Virus record (IMG/VR): IMGVR_UViG_3300015365_000054
Origin: a virus
Taxonomy: Duplodnaviria > Heunggongvirae > Uroviricota > Caudoviricetes
DNA: 64,000 bases
Strand: one strand, 5' to 3'
Position 1 is the stretch's first letter. Each line of letters starts with the position of its first letter. Positions 26,117 through 34,338 of this stretch are shown here, piece by piece. The notes under the pieces are model-generated. The model was given only the letters and a program-made list of their open reading frames with translations. It was not told where the DNA came from and made no database searches. A program made the position numbers and the translations under genes.

Positions 26117-27109
26117 TTATTGTTTTTGTTTTAGTGTGTTGATGATGATATTGGCTGTTGCCTTTGGTGATAGATTATCATCATAGTATTTCTTTATAGA
26201 ATCACTCCACTCTTGTAATTGCGCTTTAGTGTATCTATTCATTATCACATCAACAAGATTAGTTGCGCACTTCCAACTTTCATTATCTTTTAGTTGAATG
26301 ATTGGAATATTTTTATAATATTCTCTATCAGGTAAATAATTTGACACTGTGATACATCCTGCTCTCATTGATTCATACAATCTAAATGTTTCAGCATTTG
26401 CCCAGCCAGTTGGACAGAAACTAAACTTACTTGACTCTAGTATGTTTATATATGTTTTTTTATCAACACCAGCAGCAAAATCATGAGTAAATTTAATATA
26501 ATCTTTTGGTCTACTCCACCATATGATATGGTTTATTAGATCCAACATTTTTCGGTGATGTTTTATTCCAAATAAAAGAATCAACCAACGTGGTATTCTT
26601 GATAGCACAGATGCCATTTCCATTCTATTGCGATTTAGACATCCCATAAAATTTATATTATGTAGTCTTTCTTCCATGAGTGTTGGTAGGGCACTGGAAT
26701 GTGAATAATACCCAAGAGGAATTGATGTTACATTTTCGCCATCACGACAATAATTAGTGAAAATGTGGTGATATTTTTTTTCAATTAAATGATATGGTGG
26801 ATACTTATTTTCTGATCCAGTCCAGATCAAAACTCTTTTCTCACCATACCATGGGTCTGCACTGGTACTATCCGGCACATTTGATGTGTTGTTACAGTGA
26901 ATGATGAAAGTGTATTCATCAAAATTCGGCATCAATTCAGACAGAATACCAATTACTTCCCCAATATATTCAGTATTTTTAATTGGGTATGTTTCACCAC
27001 AATCATCAATGACATTATCATATTGTCGTGTATTATTGTCTGTTGGTGGATTGAATAATGCCTCAAGTTCTTTCTTTAATTCCAAATCTTCTTGTGCGAA
27101 TTGTCTCAT
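26117..27109 (-). CDS. exostosin-like (GT47) glycosyltransferase
   Basis: NFMGCLNRNR, SKFSFCP.G..NAETFRLYESMRAGCI. Confidence 0.7.
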   Translation of the reverse strand: MRQFAQEDLELKKELEALFNPPTDNNTRQYDNVIDDCGETYPIKNTEYIGEVIGILSELMPNFDEYTFIIHCNNTSNVPDSTSADPWYGEKRVLIWTGSENKYPPYHLIEKKYHHIFTNYCRDGENVTSIPLGYYSHSSALPTLMEERLHNINFMGCLNRNRMEMASVLSRIPRWLILLFGIKHHRKMLDLINHIIWWSRPKDYIKFTHDFAAGVDKKTYINILESSKFSFCPTGWANAETFRLYESMRAGCITVSNYLPDREYYKNIPIIQLKDNESWKCATNLVDVIMNRYTKAQLQEWSDSIKKYYDDNLSPKATANIIINTLKQKQ

Positions 27110-27780
27110 GCGGACACCATATCCTTTGTTAATGGGAATATTTTAGAAATAACTTTAGCACATTCTTTAGCAATTTCCATATGTTCTTTCTGTGTACCAT
27201 TTTCTGATCTTAGCTGGATATAATGTATCCATGACCGCAATGTTCCACTCATATACATCCTAGACATAGTTAATCCTTCTGGGAGGACTGCTCTTGCTTG
27301 TTCTTTAGCAATGCCATTGGAAATAGCCCATTCATACGCATCCTTTGCCGTATTGATTATTTCTGCTTGCTTTTTAAGCCAAGCAATAGTCAAATCAGAC
27401 GAAACACCATCACTGATACTATTCTGTCTATTTGTTGGATCTTGCAATCTTGCCTCACGCACGACAAAATTCAGATCTTTGGTTGGATCAGCATATCTCT
27501 GACTGAATTCCTGAAAAGAAAAACTTCTGTGTCGTAAAATCTGTCTTGCAATATCTCTTGTTGTTTCTATTTCAAGAGTCATACTAACCATCTCAAGTGG
27601 ACTAAAATGTTTATGTTTTAAAAGATAATCAATTAGTTTATCTGCTGTTTGTTTATTTTGTTGATTAGATGGATTAGAAACTCTAGCGCAAAAAGCCACT
27701 AAATCATTAATTGACGACATATCAGTTTCTTGAAGAAATTCTTTAGAAGGCTGACTATAACTTATCAATTTCACGTTCAT
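27106..27780 (-). CDS. thyX: flavin-dependent thymidylate synthase
   Basis: HFSPLEM, RHRSFSFQEFSQRY, ARAVLP, R...TQKEH. Confidence 0.95.
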   Translation of the reverse strand: MNVKLISYSQPSKEFLQETDMSSINDLVAFCARVSNPSNQQNKQTADKLIDYLLKHKHFSPLEMVSMTLEIETTRDIARQILRHRSFSFQEFSQRYADPTKDLNFVVREARLQDPTNRQNSISDGVSSDLTIAWLKKQAEIINTAKDAYEWAISNGIAKEQARAVLPEGLTMSRMYMSGTLRSWIHYIQLRSENGTQKEHMEIAKECAKVISKIFPLTKDMVSA

Positions 27781-27797
27781 TCAATAACCCCCACAAA

Positions 27798-28160
27798 TTA
27801 TTTCTTATTAGGTACAGACAATACGAATTTATTCTTCTTGACTAGCTTCTCGAAATATCCGGTGGACTGTAACACTGTTGCTCTAACCGCAGCATCACTA
27901 TAATTGCTATGTGTGCTATCATCAAACCACCAAAAACTCATGAGATGATTCCACAGATGATTGAACCATCCAGCATCTTTCCCAATGGCTTTTCTGTATT
28001 CGACATACCACTTTCCTCTATGGAAAATGACACGTACTTCGGTGATGGGAACATTCTCCACAACATAACCAAGATCATCTACTGCATTCATAACATTACC
28101 TCTATAATTACCATCTCTCACAACATCAGTTAATATAGGAACCATTAACATCTTTTCCAA
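27798..28160 (-). CDS. hypothetical protein
   Basis: ORF coupled to primase. Confidence 0.6.
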   Translation of the reverse strand: MEKMLMVPILTDVVRDGNYRGNVMNAVDDLGYVVENVPITEVRVIFHRGKWYVEYRKAIGKDAGWFNHLWNHLMSFWWFDDSTHSNYSDAAVRATVLQSTGYFEKLVKKNKFVLSVPNKK

Positions 28161-29185
28161 GTGTTAAATCTCATTTTAGCTGTGAGATTCTTGTATGTAT
28201 TCTTATTGATAAGGTATAACACTTCTTCTGGTGTATTCCCATTCAATACCATTTCGTTGATATCTTTACCAACGATATTATCAGGAAACAGACATACACT
28301 GTATCCAAGATCAATAGTCTCTTCAATACGATTTATGATATCCTTATTCCTTCTATCATTATCATAGATAATGACTACATCATCACACATCAAATATGTC
28401 GCTACCCCAAGCAAATGGGCATCACCACTGGCTACACAATTTGGTACAAACAAAGAATCGAATTGCCCCTCAACAATGTATATTGTCTCATTTTTATTCA
28501 ATCTATGCAAACCAAATACCTTTCGTGTATCCAAAATCTTCACCGTCACATATCTTATTTTTGTCTCTGTTGAAAGTGCCCGTCCAGCAATATGAGTCAC
28601 AACACCCTTCTCGTCGGTGAAAAACATAACAATTCGTTCATCATTTGGTACATTATCTTTACCATGATTGGGGAATTCCTTATCTAGGAAATCTTTGAAC
28701 TTCGGTGTGAAGAAAATCTCATTCCATGCGGATTGCGGGATCTTTCTATTCTCCATATAGTTGCGAGCAAAATGATCCTTTGGCAATTCATTGATATTAG
28801 CCAAAGAAACATCTCTATATGTCTTCTTCGGAGTCGCACCAAATATGGATAGTGCCGTTGGTGTTGGCTGATTGACTTTTGGTTTCTTGTAATTATGATG
28901 CCCAGTTTCACCAGACACAAATCTCTCCAGCACATATTGTTTGTGCTGTGATGCATCTATTTCCAATAGGAAATTGGAAAATGTGGTAGATTTGCCACAA
29001 TTATGGCATCGCATGAAATAATCGTTATTTTTACGATAAACATACCCACGCGCCTTCAATTTGTTCTTTTTACTATCATTACAGAAAGGACATCGGAAAT
29101 TATACAAATCCGTGTTTTTCTGCTTAAAAAGGCTCAATTTGTGGGAAATCATACCCAAGTATTTTCGATCAATTATTACACTCAT
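28145..29185 (-). CDS. gp61: DNA primase
   Basis: NFRCPFC.DS...CHNCG Zn finger; TOPRIM VEGQFDS, YDND, KDINEM. Confidence 0.95.
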   Translation of the reverse strand: MSVIIDRKYLGMISHKLSLFKQKNTDLYNFRCPFCNDSKKNKLKARGYVYRKNNDYFMRCHNCGKSTTFSNFLLEIDASQHKQYVLERFVSGETGHHNYKKPKVNQPTPTALSIFGATPKKTYRDVSLANINELPKDHFARNYMENRKIPQSAWNEIFFTPKFKDFLDKEFPNHGKDNVPNDERIVMFFTDEKGVVTHIAGRALSTETKIRYVTVKILDTRKVFGLHRLNKNETIYIVEGQFDSLFVPNCVASGDAHLLGVATYLMCDDVVIIYDNDRRNKDIINRIEETIDLGYSVCLFPDNIVGKDINEMVLNGNTPEEVLYLINKNTYKNLTAKMRFNTWKRC

Positions 29186-29215
29186 TGTGACTGAACACCC
29201 ATAATTATTTTTCGC

Positions 29216-29244
29216 ATTATATACTATGTATGGTGATCTGTAAA
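29216..29244 (-). promoter_or_regulatory. sigma70-type promoter for primase
   Basis: TTTACA-17nt-TATAAT. Confidence 0.7.
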
Positions 29245-29255
29245 CTCAACCAGAT

Positions 29256-29284
29256 TTGACAGATTTTAATATGATCTGTATAAT
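29256..29284 (+). promoter_or_regulatory. perfect-consensus sigma70 promoter facing antisense into the late block
   Basis: TTGACA-gattttaatatgatctg (17 nt)-TATAAT. Confidence 0.7.
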
Positions 29285-29318
29285 AGACTATGTTGCCGTT
29301 AATGAATAATTATATTAA

Positions 29319-29957
29319 TTAATATTTAGTAGTCTTATTGGGGTTTTTAGTGAGCACCAATCGTGTGCCAGCTCTGTTGGGATCATAATCTTTCCCTGTT
29401 GCATTTGTATATTTTACATAATTTGATCTGGTTGTTGGCACATATTGATTGTTTCCTTTTGGTGTAAGGATATGTGTTTGTATATCAGGTTCTACACCTT
29501 TTTTCAAGCTATTTACATGTTCATCACCTAATCTATTCCATATAGACTGTCCTTTCTTTGTCTGCGACATATCAGATACAAGACTCAATCCATGATATAA
29601 TACTAGATGTTTATATGCATCTGATGCTCTCACGCTTGATTTAGGGATTGATCCGACAGCATGAATTTGCATCCCTACCTTTTTATTTCTAGCATAACGA
29701 TCATTTCTTATGATGTCGCTTCCATGGATAGCTAGTTGAACTTTTTTATCACCTTTTTTAGTGAAGTTATAAGTGCTATTATCATTATCCACCTGTTGAT
29801 GATATACATCATGTGGCTCACCTTCATGATTAAAAAAAGTAGAAACTTTTGTATGTGATGGATCATCATCAATATCATCATCTACAAATGCACCCTTCCG
29901 GATAGAGGAAAGGGTGTATATTTCATTCAAAAATTCACGAAAGTTTTTCATTAGCAA
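29319..29957 (-). CDS. putative capsid-internal protein, possible GNAT-like fold
   Basis: N-terminal MKNFREFLNE; C-terminal AY.HL....LVSD.SQT..GQSIW.RL. Confidence 0.6.
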   Translation of the reverse strand: MLMKNFREFLNEIYTLSSIRKGAFVDDDIDDDPSHTKVSTFFNHEGEPHDVYHQQVDNDNSTYNFTKKGDKKVQLAIHGSDIIRNDRYARNKKVGMQIHAVGSIPKSSVRASDAYKHLVLYHGLSLVSDMSQTKKGQSIWNRLGDEHVNSLKKGVEPDIQTHILTPKGNNQYVPTTRSNYVKYTNATGKDYDPNRAGTRLVLTKNPNKTTKY

Positions 29958-30442
29958 TCTCTGGTATCAAAATCAAATCCAGTATATTGTTTATACTTGC
30001 GTTTCTTTTCATTGATATTTTGTAAGAGACGGAATCTTTCATCTTGATCCATTTCCTTATGTAATCTGGAATTATCTCTACATATCTCAGATGCCCATGC
30101 ACTAGAGAACACTTCAGTTTGTAATTGTTGCATTGTATTTAATTGTTCGAATACATTATCAACTTTAGTCTTTACGGCTCTTAATTCTGTATCCATTGTG
30201 CCTCTTACGATTTCTTGTATGTGGGCATCAGTTATTTGTACATCACTTTCTCTAGCAACCTTACCAAATACAGGAAGTCCGGTAAACAATGCACCAAATG
30301 TCACTGGTGCTAATAATAGAAACACTGCTGCCGCTGTTATAATACCAAGCAATGCAACTTTCTTATGTGCATTACGCACCTTCTCTGGCCTAGAGCTTTC
30401 ATCAGGAATCATGTTAATAATCCAATCTAAGAGTGATGCCAT
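29951..30442 (-). CDS. membrane protein next to the lysis genes
   Basis: TM helix at about residues 29-57, then coiled coil. Confidence 0.6.
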   Translation of the reverse strand: MASLLDWIINMIPDESSRPEKVRNAHKKVALLGIITAAAVFLLLAPVTFGALFTGLPVFGKVARESDVQITDAHIQEIVRGTMDTELRAVKTKVDNVFEQLNTMQQLQTEVFSSAWASEICRDNSRLHKEMDQDERFRLLQNINEKKRKYKQYTGFDFDTRDC

Positions 30443-31000
30443 TTATTTTTCTCCTAAAGACATTTTTTTATTGCTGTTTGAGTTATCTATCACTTCTTTG
30501 GTTGTCCTAACCCATTCCTGTAAACTTTTTAATTGCTCTTCTGTTTGGTGGCAGATTGCGTAGTTGCTGGTGATTGTTCCGAGGGCAATATTGTCTCTAA
30601 TTGTCGAGGGGGAACCATCAACTGCGCTGGAGGTGATGGCATCACCGCTATTGGAATCAGCTGCTTTGTCGTGGAGGTACACCCAGCCATTAGACATATA
30701 AGACTTACTAGGCATAAGTTTAACCAGTTCTTGTATACCATTATTTTTCTCCTGAACATGAGCTGTTTTAGTAATATATTTTGTCACTACAACTTCCCTA
30801 ACTTGTGACTGTGCAATAGTCAAATCATTCTGTAATTTTGTCATCGCATCTTGATATTTTTGTATTTCTGCTTCATATTCAATTTTGACTTTTTCTGTGT
30901 TCTTCTTCTCATTAGATGAACCAGTATGATACCCATAAGTGAATATGGATAGCATGACAATACATATTGCAAGTAATTTATATTGTAATGGGACTAGCAC
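30443..31000 (-). CDS. inner-membrane spanin (Rz-like)
   Basis: N-terminal TM, coiled coil, C-terminal NYAICHQ...LKSLQEW; contains an embedded lipoprotein ORF. Confidence 0.75.
   Translation of the reverse strand: MLVPLQYKLLAICIVMLSIFTYGYHTGSSNEKKNTEKVKIEYEAEIQKYQDAMTKLQNDLTIAQSQVREVVVTKYITKTAHVQEKNNGIQELVKLMPSKSYMSNGWVYLHDKAADSNSGDAITSSAVDGSPSTIRDNIALGTITSNYAICHQTEEQLKSLQEWVRTTKEVIDNSNSNKKMSLGEK
30529..30741 (-). CDS. outer-membrane spanin lipoprotein (Rz1-like), embedded out of frame
   Basis: Lipobox LMAG-C, Pro-rich mature part; start re-called at MVYK. Confidence 0.7.
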   Translation of the reverse strand: MVYKNWLNLCLVSLICLMAGCTSTTKQLIPIAVMPSPPAQLMVPPRQLETILPSEQSPATTQSATKQKSN

Positions 31001-31024
31001 GACGACACCTCTTAATTAATATAT

Positions 31025-31255
31025 CTATTTAGGTGCCCATTTTTCAGGCACAGTCATGCCCATTCCGGCTATAGATATATACATCATACTATTATAGATG
31101 AATTCATCCATCTTCAATCCAAAAAATAGATTACCAAAAAAACCAATAACACATGCTCCAAATGCCGCCATGCTGATTGCTCTTTTCGATGAAACTGTTG
31201 CGTTTGCTGATCCATCAGTCAATAGTGATATGAAAAAGTCTTTAACTGTATCCAT
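31025..31255 (-). CDS. putative holin (two TM helices)
   Basis: SSKR then two hydrophobic helices; between endolysin and spanins; TATAAATA upstream. Confidence 0.65.
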   Translation of the reverse strand: MDTVKDFFISLLTDGSANATVSSKRAISMAAFGACVIGFFGNLFFGLKMDEFIYNSMMYISIAGMGMTVPEKWAPK

Positions 31256-31299
31256 TGATACTCCAATTTAGGAATTATCACCGAATCATATCAACTATA

Positions 31300-31307
31300 T
31301 ATTTATA
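31300..31307 (-). promoter_or_regulatory. T4-type late promoter
   Basis: TATAAATA; a CTAAATA variant at 31026-31032 precedes the spanin. Confidence 0.65.
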
Positions 31308-31339
31308 AAATCCAATACTTCAATGATTTAACATATCAT

Positions 31340-31945
31340 TTACACCCAACCATAATATTGTTTAGTTTTATCAATTCTATCCTGCAAACCATTATCACCA
31401 CCATTTATAATTTTTGTTATATTGGTTATGGTTGAGATAGACACATCAACACATATTGCCCATATACCATGGGAATCGAAGTAATATTTAGCACTCTCAA
31501 ATGCATAATCTGTGGCAACTAAATTTGGCTGGAACACAATATACAATTGAGGAAATTTCTCGGCAAAAGATATATAATTACTTTTTCCTGTTAGTTGGAT
31601 AGCACCTCTACCACGATACATCCAACCATCTCCACTTTTTTCATCTCCGTTTCCCATTCTATTGGCATATACTCTATTTGCTATTTTTTCTGGCTTACGT
31701 GCATAATCAATCACATTAGATACACTAAAATATTTTGGAAATTGTTTGAGTAATCCTTCCGCAGAATAATTTAGATTTTCTTCAAATTTAGTAAATGATG
31801 CTGTTTCATGTGATGTTTGCCCAAAGAAATGAGCAGCTTGTATGTTATTTAACTTTAAGTAATCCCTGCCCAACTTGAAAGTTGATACATCAAAAACACC
31901 AGTCTGGCTGGCACCGATCTTAGCTTGAAACTTCAACAAACTCAT
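31340..31945 (-). CDS. GH19 chitinase-like endolysin
   Basis: AHFFGQTSHET, EENLNYSA, YRGRGAIQLTGKSNY, INGG.NGL.DR. Confidence 0.9.
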   Translation of the reverse strand: MSLLKFQAKIGASQTGVFDVSTFKLGRDYLKLNNIQAAHFFGQTSHETASFTKFEENLNYSAEGLLKQFPKYFSVSNVIDYARKPEKIANRVYANRMGNGDEKSGDGWMYRGRGAIQLTGKSNYISFAEKFPQLYIVFQPNLVATDYAFESAKYYFDSHGIWAICVDVSISTITNITKIINGGDNGLQDRIDKTKQYYGWV

Positions 31946-31946
31946 T

Positions 31947-33218
31947 TTATGCTTCCTGTGTCACTGCAATAACATCCCACCTAGAATTTATCGCATTGTA
32001 TATACATCCAATATATAGCCATTTACCTGCCACACCACTTAAATTGGCTGTAGTTGTGGGTAATGAAACACCCACTGCATTGAATGCTTTGGCTGATCCA
32101 AGAACGAATGCTAATGATCTGGCTACACCATTATCTTTTATTCTAAACATCATACGTTGTCCGTCTACTGGAGAACCATTATCTGCGGCGATGTTTAAAT
32201 TGTTTGCTAATGCGCTTATGGATTGAACATCATAATTAGTACTATCCCAATTCCATGGACCTACCAATGTAGTAATGCTATTTACCCTATTAGTTGATCC
32301 ATTTGCACCTTGTGTTCCTATAATTCCTTGTGTACCAGTTGCACCTTGAACGGATGAATTTGTTATTGCTAATATAACATTATGATTATTTGGAAATCCT
32401 GTAGTACCAGTACCAGAACTCGATACTAAGGTTACAGGAAATACCCAATAACTAGTACTGGTATTTGCATTTGTGTTTATTGGTGATGCGCTTATTTTCC
32501 ATATTTGATAATTACCACTATTATTGCTATCTTGTATAGTTATATTTTGTCCTATACTCATCACAGATAAAAATATATCAATATCTATGTTATCTGCTGT
32601 TAGGTGTGGTACATATAAAGCAGTTGCTGATGTTTGTGTCACATTATTATATGTGATATATCCATCTGATGGGTATGCATTGGCTTGACTTGTTGTTTTT
32701 ATGTTGTAGTTGAATAATGTGCTGGAATATCCATTTAATCCCGCTGTTCCCTGAGTACCTACGGTGCCTTGTGATCCTGTAGCACCCTGTGCGCCATCTA
32801 CCCCACCACCTCCACTAGATGCAACTAAGGTGAATTTACCACCACTATACTTCATGTATTTGTTGTCACCTAATGATGCAACATCAAAATCCGTTGCTTC
32901 TGTTATAGTGACATGACCAATCCCACCGCCACCACCAGAACTATATTTTATAGATTGTATTCTTTTGTTTAGATCTGATATTGCTTTGTGGACATCAAGA
33001 TCCGTGGCTGGTAATTCAGCTGGTGTTTTTTGTGCAGTGCTCAAATACTCCGATGATAATTTCACCAGATCTCGTACATGTTCTTTTGGTGTTACAAGTG
33101 GTGTCTTTTTAGCTTCTGATAATTGTGGTATCAAAACATTATTTTCTGGTTTTGATGTGGGTTTAATAAAAGCCGACATCATCTCCAGTAATGCTTTTTC
33201 CTCATCAGTTGGTGTCAT
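31947..33218 (-). CDS. virion fibre-associated protein with short Gly-X-Gln repeats
   Basis: GAQGATGSQGTVGTQG; C-terminal domain shared with 34339..37338. Confidence 0.7.
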   Translation of the reverse strand: MTPTDEEKALLEMMSAFIKPTSKPENNVLIPQLSEAKKTPLVTPKEHVRDLVKLSSEYLSTAQKTPAELPATDLDVHKAISDLNKRIQSIKYSSGGGGGIGHVTITEATDFDVASLGDNKYMKYSGGKFTLVASSGGGGVDGAQGATGSQGTVGTQGTAGLNGYSSTLFNYNIKTTSQANAYPSDGYITYNNVTQTSATALYVPHLTADNIDIDIFLSVMSIGQNITIQDSNNSGNYQIWKISASPINTNANTSTSYWVFPVTLVSSSGTGTTGFPNNHNVILAITNSSVQGATGTQGIIGTQGANGSTNRVNSITTLVGPWNWDSTNYDVQSISALANNLNIAADNGSPVDGQRMMFRIKDNGVARSLAFVLGSAKAFNAVGVSLPTTTANLSGVAGKWLYIGCIYNAINSRWDVIAVTQEA

Positions 33219-33916
33219 CTGAGCAGTCCGAAAAATGCGGATTCCCTAGATACTTCTTTTGGGGATAGACTCCACATCGCAGTATCGACATACAATCCGC
33301 TTACTGTATACACAGGAAGCCATTGCAACATCAGAGATGTATTTGCATGATATCCAAGTGATCCGGAAAACATATATGATGTCAATTCTGTGTAATATGT
33401 AGTGGATGCTAATGCGGATAGACTGGCATTATGTATTGTCCCATTAAGAATTCTATCAAATTCACCATAACCATATCCTTCATTGGCAAGTGACATACAG
33501 ATAGTATAATTATTTGCCCTAGATGCAACATTTGATGTAAATGTACCAGATGGAGCAGATATATGACCGGATGCAAAATTATAATCATATATGTATGACG
33601 TATTTTCTCCTTTAACGGAAACAATATTCCATGCAAACTCTGCTCCATCACTAACATAATTAGATAATGCAATACTTAAATTATTTACTCCAGTTGGAGG
33701 ATTTGTAATGTGTCCCGTGTACACACTATTACTGTTATTTGTATCTATAACAAATGGAATTCCACCGTATGTTAATGATGATATTGGTATGCTTCCTTCA
33801 ACATATACCATGACGAACATTGATGTCCCGTCAGTATTGGTAAATGATTGCAATACACCATTTATAGGATTACCATTATTTTGATCACCAAAAGAATTAA
33901 CTACTGTTATACTCAT
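33215..33916 (-). CDS. beta-rich putative virion/fibre protein
   Basis: Asn/Ser/Gly/Tyr-rich; lies between the two collagen-like genes. Confidence 0.6.
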   Translation of the reverse strand: MSITVVNSFGDQNNGNPINGVLQSFTNTDGTSMFVMVYVEGSIPISSLTYGGIPFVIDTNNSNSVYTGHITNPPTGVNNLSIALSNYVSDGAEFAWNIVSVKGENTSYIYDYNFASGHISAPSGTFTSNVASRANNYTICMSLANEGYGYGEFDRILNGTIHNASLSALASTTYYTELTSYMFSGSLGYHANTSLMLQWLPVYTVSGLYVDTAMWSLSPKEVSRESAFFGLLR

Positions 33917-34338
33917 GATACAACCAACTCCCCATTAGTCACGGATACTATTTTTGGTGCGGAATTTAATAAATTTTTCATGATTTTAGGAATGCGTTTA
34001 TTTGGTATATTATCTATTGTTGCTTGATCTATTGTTATATTAGGTAATTCCCCAGAATACTCATCATGTGAGAATCTAACATAAGCATCACTTGCTAAGT
34101 ATATAACTACACCATTGGTTGTATTTACTACATCACCAAGCGAATATGTTATATTCCTCATGGTATAACAGCATGCTTTACCACTGATCCAATCAGCACC
34201 AGCAATAGACATTGCTGTCTCTGCGCTATCAACCTCAACTTTATTCACAGTATTTCCCGTATCATCTTTTATGATTAACATCATAACTGTAGGTAAACTT
34301 TCAATATCTACTAAATTCAACTGCATAATAAACTCCAA
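33913..34338 (-). CDS. hypothetical protein (possible fibre chaperone)
   Basis: Position downstream of the fibre gene. Confidence 0.55.
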   Translation of the reverse strand: MEFIMQLNLVDIESLPTVMMLIIKDDTGNTVNKVEVDSAETAMSIAGADWISGKACCYTMRNITYSLGDVVNTTNGVVIYLASDAYVRFSHDEYSGELPNITIDQATIDNIPNKRIPKIMKNLLNSAPKIVSVTNGELVVS

